Of a stretch of 37,182 nucleotides of DNA, positions 1 through 9,181 are shown one piece after another. The translations under genes and the position numbers were made by a program. The stretch's first letter is position 1, and every line of letters begins with the position of its first letter. Location of the stretch: assembly GCA_016934535.1 (NCBI GenBank), contig JAFGSQ010000006.1, positions 66,617-103,798 of the forward strand, in the 5' to 3' direction. The notes below the pieces were generated by a model. The model was not told the origin of the DNA. It saw only the letters and a list, made by a program, of their open reading frames with translations, and ran no database searches. This DNA is from a candidate division WOR-3 bacterium. GTDB lineage: Bacteria > SDB-A.

Positions 1-625
1 CGAACGTAAAAACCATGAAAAACATTGAAAATTCAGGTATCCAGATATGACGAAAAGCTTCGCGAAGAGCCGGATTTTTGAAGTTTTCTATAAATTCCTC
101 CGTGCTGACATTCATCAAATGTTTTATTTTTCTTCCCTTTGTAACAAAGAGAAGACCCATTCTTGCATAGTTCACCAATTTCTTGAAAAAGGGATCGGCG
201 TCGGAAGGTTTGTCAAAACCGAGGCACATTCTAATGCTGTTTGTGAAATCTTTAATCGGTTTTTCGTCCTCAGGAGAAAATTCAAGCAATTGTTTTTCGA
301 ATTTATCCACGTCTGAGTAGAAAATCAGTTTTCTTCCGTCAGCATACTCGTAGCGCATGAATTCATCCAAATCTATGAATTTGCTTCCTCCGGTTATTCC
401 GACTTCTTGCCAAAATCTGTACATGCCGCTTTTGGGAGAAGAACCTACGAGCCAGTGGACGCACCCGTCAATGGTGTATCCCTTCCTTTTCCAGGCGGTG
501 CAAAGACCTCCGGGCAGATTGTGCGATTCGAATATTTCTGTCTTGTATCCGTTCATTTGAGCATATATGCCTGCGGACATTCCGGCGAATCCCGCTCCGA
601 TGATTATTATCGAGCCGTCTTTCAT
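1..625 (-). CDS. NAD(P)/FAD-dependent oxidoreductase, phytoene dehydrogenase-like (runs off window start)
   Basis: Not in ORF track. Manual translation from ATG at 625 gives MKDGSIIIIGAGFAGMSAGIYAQMNGYKTEIFESHNLPGGLCTAWKRKGYTIDGCVHW, with a Rossmann GxGxxG and the GG motif. GGAAGG SD upstream; frame open to base 1. Confidence 0.88.
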   Translation of the reverse strand, partial: MKDGSIIIIGAGFAGMSAGIYAQMNGYKTEIFESHNLPGGLCTAWKRKGYTIDGCVHWLVGSSPKSGMYRFWQEVGITGGSKFIDLDEFMRYEYADGRKLIFYSDVDKFEKQLLEFSPEDEKPIKDFTNSIRMCLGFDKPSDADPFFKKLVNYARMGLLFVTKGRKIKHLMNVSTEEFIENFKNPALREAFRHIWIPEFSMFFMVFTF

Positions 626-660
626 GTCGCCCTTCCTTTTGCCTTTATAACTTTCAAAGT

Positions 661-2076
661 TTACGGTCTGAATTCCTTTTTCTCCAAATCTTCGCATTCA
701 ACTTCGTTGATTATTTCCTGTTCTACTACTTTGCTTGCGTCAAAACTTTTAATGGCAATTCTCTTTCTCCAGTTGCCGCTTTTGTAATAGAGGAGCGAGG
801 CGAACGCTCCGAAACACCATGCGACAGGTATCCCCCACCAAATGCCTGATGTACCTATAAACCTCGACAAAAAATATGAAAGCGGAACTCTGAACGCCCA
901 GAGAGAGAAAAGGGTGATTATCATCGGTATCAATGTGTCGCCGGCGCCTCTGAGAAGCCCGTTTGAAGCGAACATAACGGAAAAGGCGATATAAAAAGAG
1001 CTGACTATCAACAAATATTCTCTTCCTATGCTGACGACTTCCGGATCGGTGTTAAAAATCCTGATCAAGTCTCCGCCCTTGAAATAAATTAGCAGAGTCA
1101 CTGCAAGCGAATATATTATCGACATTAAAAGCGTACTTTTTAAGCCCTTGGAGACTCTTTGCATTTTTTTCGCTCCTATGTTCTGGCCTGTAAAAGTCGA
1201 AAGAGCCATAGAAAAATTCATGGCGGGCATCATCGCAAAGGAGTCAATTCTACCCGCTGCCGTGAAAGCTGTCAGGGCGTTAGTTCCGAAACCGTTGACT
1301 ATTTTAGTCAAAGCCATCATGCCGAGGGATACGAACATCTGCTGTACACCAGACGGGATTCCGATTCTTATGCTCTCCGTGAATATTTTTTTGTCAAATC
1401 TGCAGTTTCTTATCCTCAGGGACAGCAGCGGATTTTTCATATTTAATATGACGACTCCGAGCACGAACGAAATCGTCTGAGCTATCACCGTCGCCCAAGC
1501 GACTCCGGCGACTCCCCATCTGAAAACCAGCACAAAAATAAGGTCGAGAGCTACGTTTATCAAGCTTGAAACAATGAGCAGATACAGAGGCGTTTTGGAA
1601 TCGCCGACTCCTCTCATTATAGCGCTGAGCCCGTTGTATCCGAAAATTGATATGAGTCCGGCAAATATTATATCGAGATAAGTTTTAGCGTCTTTTATGA
1701 CATCGGCGGGAGTGCCTAAAAGCCTGAGTATATACCCGCTCGTCAAAAGTCCTATGAAGGTCATGAGCAAGGCCGTCAAAAACATGACAATGTATGTCGT
1801 GTCTACTGTCGCCCTGAGTTTTTCATAATTTTTTGCTCCGAAAAACTGCGCGACGAGAACCATAGAACCCATGGTAGCTCCCATGATCAGGGCTACAATG
1901 AAAAATATTATGGGAAAACAAACACCGACAGCGCCCAGCGCCCCTTTTCCTATGAACCGACCGACTACAATAGAATCGACAACATTGTAAAACTGCTGAA
2001 ATACATTTCCGAGAAGCATAGGCACGCTGAAAATCAGAATATTTTTTGTGACGCTTCCGCTTGTCATGTCTTTCAT
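661..2076 (-). CDS. MATE family efflux transporter
   Basis: 471 aa, ~12 TM; N-terminal DMTSGS..PMLLGNVFQQFYNVVDSIVVG and two RGxGD repeats typical of MATE. Confidence 0.93.
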   Translation of the reverse strand: MKDMTSGSVTKNILIFSVPMLLGNVFQQFYNVVDSIVVGRFIGKGALGAVGVCFPIIFFIVALIMGATMGSMVLVAQFFGAKNYEKLRATVDTTYIVMFLTALLMTFIGLLTSGYILRLLGTPADVIKDAKTYLDIIFAGLISIFGYNGLSAIMRGVGDSKTPLYLLIVSSLINVALDLIFVLVFRWGVAGVAWATVIAQTISFVLGVVILNMKNPLLSLRIRNCRFDKKIFTESIRIGIPSGVQQMFVSLGMMALTKIVNGFGTNALTAFTAAGRIDSFAMMPAMNFSMALSTFTGQNIGAKKMQRVSKGLKSTLLMSIIYSLAVTLLIYFKGGDLIRIFNTDPEVVSIGREYLLIVSSFYIAFSVMFASNGLLRGAGDTLIPMIITLFSLWAFRVPLSYFLSRFIGTSGIWWGIPVAWCFGAFASLLYYKSGNWRKRIAIKSFDASKVVEQEIINEVECEDLEKKEFRP

Positions 2077-2307
2077 GTAATGTTTCCCTTTTACATCAAT
2101 TTATAAGTCGGGGAGGAATAATTTTCAGAATCATCGATGAAATCATACTTCAAATGCAGACATGAATCATTCGATATTTTATATCTTTTGATTTCTAAAC
2201 TTTGATAAAGCCTTCAGTGACATAAAAACAAACAGCGCGGGAAAATTTATTTTAAACCGGGAGGCATGGGGTCAAGAATAATATTTGCTATTGGAATGCG
2301 TTTTTCA

Positions 2308-3420
2308 TCAGACAACGGTCGGATCTGAGCGTTCCTGCTTTTCATATTCATCTACAAGGGTTCCAATTAATTCTTTAACAGAAATGATTTTATTTACTCT
2401 GTAGGCATTAGCTCCCGCAAAAACGAATCCGTCATCGAGGTTGCCTTTTTTGGCGTTTGTAAGGGCCAGAGCTATGCAATAAGACACTTTGTTGAAATCG
2501 CACGTTCTCAAACACGTCCACGGGCATTTGAAGGGTTTTTTATGGCCGTCCAATACGTCTTTTATAAACTTGTTTCTGATGGCTCTTCCCGGCAAACCAA
2601 CAGGACTGTCTATTATGACAATGTCTTCTTCTTTGCAATTTATGTAAGCCTCTTTAAATTCGTCAGACGCGTCACACTCATGGGTTGCGACAAATCTTGT
2701 CGCCATCTGCACTCCCTGGGCTCCCATTCGAATAAACTTATGAATATCCGCTCCCGTGTAAATACCGCCGGCGGCGATCACTGGGATTTTTTTACTGAAC
2801 TGCTGTTCGTATACTTTTAATACAGATAATACTTCAGGTAATATCTTTTCCAATTGATAATCCGGGTCGAAGATGTGATCTTTTTTGAAACCGAGGTGTC
2901 CTCCGGCCAAAGGCCCTTCGACGACCACCGCATCAGGAACATGATTGTATTTTTTAGCCCAATGGTGAAATATTATTTTAGCGACATTTGCCGATGACAC
3001 TATTGGTATAAATTTTGTCGGAATATTTTTAATTCTTTCAAGCGTCAGTGTTTCAGGTATTTTTAACAGAAGTCCCGCTCCCATTAAAACCAAATCAATT
3101 CCCTCATCTACCGCAGTAAGTACCAAATCATCAAAATCCGAAAGAGCCAGCATGACGTTGACGCCTATGAGGCCGTTTGTCTGTTTTCTCGCTTTTCTGA
3201 TTTCGTTTTTTAAAACTCTTATGTTCGCTTCTTTGTAATTTGTCAGGAAATCGGGTTCAAGCATGCCGATTCCCGCTGTGGCAATGACACCAATCCCACC
3301 CTCTTTTGCCACCGCGGCTGCCAGACCCGAAAGCGAAATACCGACTCCCATACCCCCCTGAATTATCGGTATCTTTGCTTCAAGATTTCCTATTTTTAAT
3401 ATTGGCATACTTTGATTCAT
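2308..3420 (-). CDS. Nitronate monooxygenase family (2-nitropropane dioxygenase/FabK-like) flavoprotein
   Basis: PIIQGGMGVG, EGPLAGGHLG, IAAGGI and GVQMATRF motifs. Confidence 0.9.
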   Translation of the reverse strand: MNQSMPILKIGNLEAKIPIIQGGMGVGISLSGLAAAVAKEGGIGVIATAGIGMLEPDFLTNYKEANIRVLKNEIRKARKQTNGLIGVNVMLALSDFDDLVLTAVDEGIDLVLMGAGLLLKIPETLTLERIKNIPTKFIPIVSSANVAKIIFHHWAKKYNHVPDAVVVEGPLAGGHLGFKKDHIFDPDYQLEKILPEVLSVLKVYEQQFSKKIPVIAAGGIYTGADIHKFIRMGAQGVQMATRFVATHECDASDEFKEAYINCKEEDIVIIDSPVGLPGRAIRNKFIKDVLDGHKKPFKCPWTCLRTCDFNKVSYCIALALTNAKKGNLDDGFVFAGANAYRVNKIISVKELIGTLVDEYEKQERSDPTVV

Positions 3421-3663
3421 AAACTGTTCCTTCTTAGTATTGTATCTGCTTACAGAGGGTGTGTGCTCCCGAATCCCAGGAAAGTGTTATCGAAAATTTA
3501 TCTGGTGAAATGAATTTTTCACAAACATCTTGATTATAAATATTAAACTTTAACGTCTTTTCAATATACCTGTTGTTAGTTTTGTTGTGATTACCGTTTC
3601 CGTTCTCATCAATTTAACGGATTTTCCTTATAAAACATATTTCCCCGTTTCTATTAACACAGG

Positions 3664-3692
3664 ATTTTAAGACTCTTTAAGGTTTATGTCAA
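3664..3692 (-). promoter_or_regulatory. sigma70-type promoter upstream of the nitronate monooxygenase gene
   Basis: TTGACA-N17-TAAAAT on minus strand. Confidence 0.6.
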
Positions 3693-3731
3693 CTTTTCGT
3701 CGGTTAAATTTTCTGACACTCATTTTTGCTC

Positions 3732-4020
3732 AGGTCAATAAAGTAACCGACAAAGGCGAGGGTTTTGGCAAAACCGTCTTAGTCGGACCGCTCTGTCACA
3801 GCTTTTTCCGGTTTTATCATAATTTTCGAGTTTTCCACTGTCTGGTCCAAGAAGCCTTCAAGGCACGCAACGGCGATTATTATGCTTCCCCCCCAGACGC
3901 CGAACCTGTGCATTGGTTGGCGGAACCAAGGATTGACGTGGGCATATTCCCTGCGGGGCTAAGGTATATTGCCGTTTTTCCTGTATTTGTCGAAATTATA
4001 GCGGAGAAGGTTGTTGACCT
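3732..4020 (-). ncRNA. Candidate structured non-coding RNA (~290 nt), family unassigned
   Basis: GC-richer intergenic island closed by AGGTCAA/TTGACCT, with nested helices, preceded by TTGACA-N16-CATAAT (4028-4055); no credible ORF. Confidence 0.45.
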
Positions 4021-4128
4021 TTTCAAAATTATGTAAAAAAATACTAAATTGTCAAATACGAAAGAATTATATGGAGCATTTCTTTACAACCAATAGGTTG
4101 AAGACAAAACCTTTTAAAGAATTTGTCG

Positions 4129-5058
4129 TCACAACCACAAAAAGAAAATATAGACAATATAAATCATGACGAAGACTGCGCCTTCCTTACGGGACAGCCT
4201 GAAATTTGATTTCAGAAACGGGAAGAGTAACAATCCGACGAGAAACATGACCAAAAGATCGTCTATCTTTAATAGAGGAAACGAAAAAGATGAAATGGTT
4301 CCTGAAATCCCGAGGACGAAACCTAAATTCAAAGTACACGCGCCGATTATGTTGCCAATGGCAAGGTCCGCCTCTTTTCTTATAGAAGCGATTACGGACG
4401 ACGCCAGTTCGGGCAGGCTTGTGCCGACAGCGACAATGGAAATACCTATTATTTCCTCGCTGACTCCGAAAAACCGAGCGAGATCGATTCCTCCCTTAAT
4501 CAGCAGATTCGCCCCTATCAGCAAAGCAGACAGACCGCCTGCCATCGAAATTACAAGTAAAAACCAGGGAGTTCTGCAGATTTTCCTGTCTTCTTTTTCG
4601 GCGTCTTTTTCCCGCACAGCCATGAAAATGGTAAAAGCAATGTACATGGCGCAGAAAAATACCAGTATTACAGCTTCCACTCTGAAAAGTTTCCTGTCGA
4701 ATAGAAACACAAAGGCCAGCGCCGACATAATTACGAGAAATGGAGAATCCCGTTTTACCGCCTTGAGGTGTACTCTCAGCGGATTTATGAGAGAAGCTAT
4801 GCCGAGAATTAAAGCTATGTTCACGATGTTCGACCCCAGAACATTTCCTACGGCAAGGCCCGCATATCCTGATAGAGCTGATTTTACACCGACAACAAGT
4901 TCCGGACTGCTCGTTCCGAACGAGACAACCGTCAGCCCAACGACCAGAGGAGAAATCCCCAACCTTTTTGCCAGTCCTGAACTTCCTCTGACCAGAAATT
5001 CTGCTCCTCCCGTGAGAAAGATTATTCCCAAAACAAGTAATACAACGGTCAAGAGCAC
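4129..5058 (-). CDS. Calcium/sodium antiporter (CaCA, YrbG-like)
   Basis: Two alpha repeats GTSSPEL..GNVLGSN and GTSLPEL..GNIIGA; highly hydrophobic. Confidence 0.92.
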   Translation of the reverse strand: MLLTVVLLVLGIIFLTGGAEFLVRGSSGLAKRLGISPLVVGLTVVSFGTSSPELVVGVKSALSGYAGLAVGNVLGSNIVNIALILGIASLINPLRVHLKAVKRDSPFLVIMSALAFVFLFDRKLFRVEAVILVFFCAMYIAFTIFMAVREKDAEKEDRKICRTPWFLLVISMAGGLSALLIGANLLIKGGIDLARFFGVSEEIIGISIVAVGTSLPELASSVIASIRKEADLAIGNIIGACTLNLGFVLGISGTISSFSFPLLKIDDLLVMFLVGLLLFPFLKSNFRLSRKEGAVFVMIYIVYIFFLWL

Positions 5059-5128
5059 AAATTTCCTTTCCCGGTTCGTTTATGTTCTTTATCAGAATTA
5101 AAATTAATGTAAAACGATTGATTATTCT

Positions 5129-6061
5129 TTACAAGAATTTCTTGAGGACAAAGAATATCAGAGCTCCCGCAGATAAAAGAACGGATCCCAGAATTACAAT
5201 TAGAAATGCATAGACACTGTGCTGAAAGGGCAGTCCCACGTTCATGCCGTAAATACTCGCAATAAGTGTCGGTATCATGAGAACCAGGGAAATAGCAGTC
5301 AGTTTTTTTACCACGACGTTGAGATTGTTAGAAATTATCGAAGCGAAAGCGTCCATCATCCCGCTCAATATATTGCTGTGTATGTTCGCCATCTCAATCG
5401 CCTGCTTGTTTTCGGTCATAGCGTCTTCAAGCGCCTCAATTTCGTCTTCGTACAATTTCAGTACGACTCCTTTTTGAATCTTTTCAAGCAACAGTTCATT
5501 TGATCTCAATGCAGTCGTGAAAAATACGAGTGATTTTTCTATTGTCAACAGATCGTACAATTCCGTGTTTTTTATTGATTTTTTCAGGTCCTTTTCTATC
5601 AAAGAAGTCTCTTTGTTCAATGCTTTCAAAAAGATAAGAAAATTTATTGATGACCTTAAAAATAACGTCAAAAGAAAAATGTTTTTTGTTGTAATCCTTA
5701 TATTTTTCATTTTGCTAAACAATACATTTCTTATCACGATATTGTCCTGAAGGCATATGGTTATCAGGCATTTTTCATGAAAAATGACGCCTATAGGAAC
5801 GGTAAAATATGATACGTCCCTGTTTTTATCGAAGGCGGGACCCCTCATTATAAACAATGTGTAATTCTCGTCTTTTTCGTATCTCGACTGTTCGTCAATA
5901 TCGAGTATGTCTGATATGTTTTCTCCGTCAATTTCGAATTTTTCAATGAGCCATGATTTTTCTGATTCATCCGGATCAACAACATTGATCCAGCAATTTT
6001 CCTGGAATTCGCCGATTTCCTTGATATCTTTTTCGTTGAAAATTTTGTAGAATTTTATCAT
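5129..6061 (-). CDS. corA: CorA family Mg2+ transporter
   Basis: Soluble N-domain plus two C-terminal TMs with PTLIASIYGMN signature. Confidence 0.9.
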   Translation of the reverse strand: MIKFYKIFNEKDIKEIGEFQENCWINVVDPDESEKSWLIEKFEIDGENISDILDIDEQSRYEKDENYTLFIMRGPAFDKNRDVSYFTVPIGVIFHEKCLITICLQDNIVIRNVLFSKMKNIRITTKNIFLLTLFLRSSINFLIFLKALNKETSLIEKDLKKSIKNTELYDLLTIEKSLVFFTTALRSNELLLEKIQKGVVLKLYEDEIEALEDAMTENKQAIEMANIHSNILSGMMDAFASIISNNLNVVVKKLTAISLVLMIPTLIASIYGMNVGLPFQHSVYAFLIVILGSVLLSAGALIFFVLKKFL

Positions 6062-6343
6062 TGTTCACTCCTTGCAATCCTTCCGGCTTATCGCCTCCAA
6101 AAAGATTTGTGAGTAAAACAATATTTATTCGGAGGCAACAATCAAATATTTTTAGACCGACAGCCGCTACAATCACTATCCATAAAATCATTCCTCCTTG
6201 AAGACGGGTCCCTAATGATAGCTTCGTTAGTAATTTTTTGTAAACACATTTTATACCCATTATAAACACATGAGCCGAACACCGGAATGACTTCATCCCG
6301 AAATTCCTTTCTGTTTTCAGTCCTCTCCTTGGAATTCACTTTC

Positions 6344-7003
6344 TTAAGATTTCATTTTCGAGAATTTATTCGAATCACTTTTTTTTCCGATTATAAACAA
6401 TGAATCTCCCTGATTTAAAACCGTTTGTGAATCGGGTATTTCAATTATATTGTCTTTGTTTTCGTTTCTGACACCTATTATAAGAATCTGAAATTTTTTT
6501 CTGATGTCAAGTTTTTGAAGCGTTTTCCCCGTCAAAGACAAAGGACAAATCACTTCCTGAAGTACGAACTCCTCCGAAAAAGGAATGTATTCGCGAACAT
6601 TTTTCATGCTTAAGAGGAAAGAAAGTCGCTGCGCCTCATCCTTTTCAGGATAAACAATCCTTTTGACGCCGATTGTCTGAAGCAGATTGTAATGGTCATC
6701 GGATAAAGCCTTGACTAATATATTTTTAACGTCAAGAGTCTTTAAATATTGAACAATAAGAACGCTCGTTTCAATTCTGGGTCCTACGCTGACAATTACA
6801 CCGTCGAACTCTTTAATGTTTAAATCCCTCAAGACTTTTATATTCGTCACGTCCGCTTGAAAAGCCAATGTTATGCGATCTTTAATGACGTCTATTTTTT
6901 CCTTGTCTGAATCAACGGCAACAACGCCATGACCATTTTTTGCTAGGCTAACAGCAATATTCATACCGAAGCTTCCTAACCCTATGACTGCATATTTATT
7001 CAC
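6344..7003 (-). CDS. ktrA: KtrA/TrkA family K+ uptake regulatory (RCK) subunit
   Basis: VIGLGSFG nucleotide-binding motif, TrkA-C domain, adjacent to ktrB. Confidence 0.88.
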   Translation of the reverse strand: MNKYAVIGLGSFGMNIAVSLAKNGHGVVAVDSDKEKIDVIKDRITLAFQADVTNIKVLRDLNIKEFDGVIVSVGPRIETSVLIVQYLKTLDVKNILVKALSDDHYNLLQTIGVKRIVYPEKDEAQRLSFLLSMKNVREYIPFSEEFVLQEVICPLSLTGKTLQKLDIRKKFQILIIGVRNENKDNIIEIPDSQTVLNQGDSLFIIGKKSDSNKFSKMKS

Positions 7004-7013
7004 GTTAATGCTC

Positions 7014-8369
7014 CTATCCTATGTATATTTCTTCTTCAGGACATTTCAATGAACGTGGTTTTTTCCTGCTCATTATCAAAAAACCGAGAGTCAGCGGACC
7101 GATGCGTCCGACAAACATGGTTACAGATAATACTATCTTACCGGTATTGCTCAAACCACAAGTAATACCGGTAGAAAGACCCGCGTTTCCCAGAGCGGAT
7201 ACAATTTCAAATAAGATCTGAAGAAACGTTCCTTTCTCAGTTATAGTCAGAATCAACAGATTCACTACAATGAAAAGTATAAAAAGCATAAACACACCCA
7301 TTGATTTGTTTACAGCATCGTTGGATATTTTCCGTTTAAGAACATTGACCGTAACATTTTCACCTCCATTTATGATAGATAAAACAAAAAGACATATAAC
7401 ACCGGCAGTGCTTGTTTTAATGCCTCCACCCGTACTTCCCGGCGAGGCGCCTATGAACATGAGAATCATTATCAAGACCATACTTACATTATTCATTTCT
7501 TTAATATTAATCGTGTTGAATCCGTCCGTAGTTGATGCCGAGATAACTTGAAAAAAAGAGTATTGAAATCTTTGCCCTAGAGTGGTTTCCGAGCCCCATT
7601 TTCCTGCTGCGATCAAAAAAATTGCGCTGACGCAAATTATGACCGTAGTGACAAGCAATACGAACTTGGTGTGCACAGTTAATTGCCGGTTGCCTATTTT
7701 TGATGATTTATTTTTAAAATACGATAACAAATCGAACAAAACAACAAATCCTATTCCTCCTAACAGGGAAAGAATGCTTATGGTCAGGTTGACAATGACG
7801 CTGTTTTGATATCCAATCAAACTGTCAGGGAACAAGCAAAAACCCGCCGTGCAAAAAGCGGACACTGAATGAAACGTACCAAAATACAGTGAACTGAGAA
7901 TGCTGAACCTGCCAATCCAAAACAGAGATAAAATTAGTGCCCCGATAAACTCGGATATAATCGTTAAAATCATTGCAGAGAAAAATAATTTCCCGAGTAT
8001 TCTGAGATTCGTTCCAGACAGCGATTCTTTTGCAACAATTTGAGTCCACAGGTCAGATTTAACACCCAAGATATACATAAAAAAAATGATAAAAGTCATG
8101 TAGCCAAGGCCACCAATTTGAAAAATAGCGAGTAAAACAATTTGCCCGAACAAAGTATAATCTCTCCCAATATCAACCACCGAAAGACCTGTCGTACTTA
8201 TTCCGGATGAAGCCATAAAAAACGAATCTATGAAACTCTGCCATTGCCCGTTTTTCATCGCCGGGGGAGATCCGAGTAGAAAAGCACCGATTAAAGTTAT
8301 AATGAAATAACCCGCGACCAATACTTCGTACGGATGTAGTTTTTGACGATATATACTGCGTTTTTCCAT
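7014..8369 (-). CDS. ktrB: KtrB/TrkH family K+ uptake membrane subunit
   Basis: Pore motifs STTGL, FCTAGF, TTDGF, GNAGLS; GASPGSTGGGIK; MFVGRIG. Confidence 0.92.
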   Translation of the reverse strand: MEKRSIYRQKLHPYEVLVAGYFIITLIGAFLLGSPPAMKNGQWQSFIDSFFMASSGISTTGLSVVDIGRDYTLFGQIVLLAIFQIGGLGYMTFIIFFMYILGVKSDLWTQIVAKESLSGTNLRILGKLFFSAMILTIISEFIGALILSLFWIGRFSILSSLYFGTFHSVSAFCTAGFCLFPDSLIGYQNSVIVNLTISILSLLGGIGFVVLFDLLSYFKNKSSKIGNRQLTVHTKFVLLVTTVIICVSAIFLIAAGKWGSETTLGQRFQYSFFQVISASTTDGFNTINIKEMNNVSMVLIMILMFIGASPGSTGGGIKTSTAGVICLFVLSIINGGENVTVNVLKRKISNDAVNKSMGVFMLFILFIVVNLLILTITEKGTFLQILFEIVSALGNAGLSTGITCGLSNTGKIVLSVTMFVGRIGPLTLGFLIMSRKKPRSLKCPEEEIYIG

Positions 8370-8437
8370 GTCTATCCTTACTTTTTCAGGGCAAGGATAA
8401 ACAAGACCGCAAAAACGGTTATGTTTGGGTATTCTTG

Positions 8438-8562
8438 CCCTTCCAAAAGCCTGCGAGGTTAGCTGACGGGCTCGGGTTTGGAAGTACCCTATCCTGTTTC
8501 AGGAATACGCCCCTAAAATTGGGTCCCCCGTATTCATGGCCGTTTTCATGAATTTCGGCGTC
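8438..8562 (-). ncRNA. c-di-AMP riboswitch (ydaO/yuaA)
   Basis: Minus strand CGCCGAA..ACGGGGGACCCA..GGGGCGTAT..AGGG..CCCGAGCCCGTCAGCTAACCTCGCAGGC matches the ydaO consensus; CTTCCAAA/TTTGGAAG pseudoknot; lies upstream of K+ uptake genes. Confidence 0.93.
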
Positions 8563-8586
8563 TGTAACGGCAATTTTTTGGGTAGC

Positions 8587-8615
8587 AGTGTAAGAAAATT
8601 CTATCGTTTTGTCAA
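8587..8615 (-). promoter_or_regulatory. sigma70-type promoter for riboswitch-ktrBA transcript
   Basis: TTGACA-N17-TACACT ~25 nt before aptamer. Confidence 0.65.
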
Positions 8616-8670
8616 CAATTCTTTTATAACACTCCGCATTGTAAAATGGTTTCGTTCATCTATCAGTTAC

Positions 8671-8976
8671 TTACCCCCAAAAGCAGCCTTTCTCATCCTC
8701 TGTTACGATTTTGAGAAACTTTTTCAAGGTCTTAACAACAGGTTCCGGATCGTAAGGATGCCATTTCAAGTCTCTTTTCATCCAATATATTTTCCATTGA
8801 TTTTTTGATTTTACGTGGACCGTCTTTGCAATCGGGTGTTCAATTTTCAGCATAGGATCACGCAAAGAAGATCGAATTTCAAAAATTATTATGCTTTGTT
8901 TTTCAATTTTATAAGCGATATCAATCCTGTCGCGAATTTCTTCCTTTGGCCGGATGCGATTGATGAAATTTTCCAT
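8671..8976 (-). CDS. DUF3024 family protein
   Basis: RP.EEIR..D..Y, IAK, WKIYWMKRDLKWHPY, D..GCFWG C-terminus. Confidence 0.8.
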   Translation of the reverse strand: MENFINRIRPKEEIRDRIDIAYKIEKQSIIIFEIRSSLRDPMLKIEHPIAKTVHVKSKNQWKIYWMKRDLKWHPYDPEPVVKTLKKFLKIVTEDEKGCFWG

Positions 8977-9037
8977 CGTTTCAACTATATCTAAATTTTT
9001 TTATTCATACTATCATTGACTTTACATCATTATTTTA

Positions 9038-9144
9038 ATTTAACAACTGCAATGTAGCTCGTTTTGTTGCGGAGCAATACGACGAAAGCCTGGCGCCAGG
9101 GCCGCTTCAGCGAAGTACACGGCAACTGAAACGCTGTTATATGC
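9038..9144 (-). mobile_element. attC-like (integron cassette) recombination site
   Basis: Minus: GCATATAAC ... GTTAAAT (GTTRRRY). 107-bp GC-rich imperfect palindrome (CGTTTCAGTTGC/GCAACAAAACG; central CCTGGCGCCAGG) between two co-oriented genes. Confidence 0.55.
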
Positions 9145-9181
9145 ATACTTCCTACACCCTTCTTACTTCACATGCTATTTT

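Noticed and set aside
2228-2266. ykkC/guanidine-like 3' words (GCGGGA...CCGGGAGG)
   Set aside because: Wrong strand relative to the MATE gene and the 5' half of the aptamer is absent
3780-3960. Resemblance of the candidate RNA to raiA motif (GCAGG..CCACGT), group I R element (GACTAAGACG) and a T-arm (CAGGTTCGGCGTCTG)
   Set aside because: Only isolated words match; partner elements are missing or in the wrong order
3686-4036. 116-aa plus-strand ORF in the intergenic island
   Set aside because: No SD or recognisable domain; promoter and G-U pairing evidence favour a minus-strand RNA
4166-5101. 311-aa plus-strand ORF
   Set aside because: Antisense shadow of the Ca/Na antiporter; no SD or motif. 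The same applies to the other plus-strand ORFs overlapping minus-strand genes.
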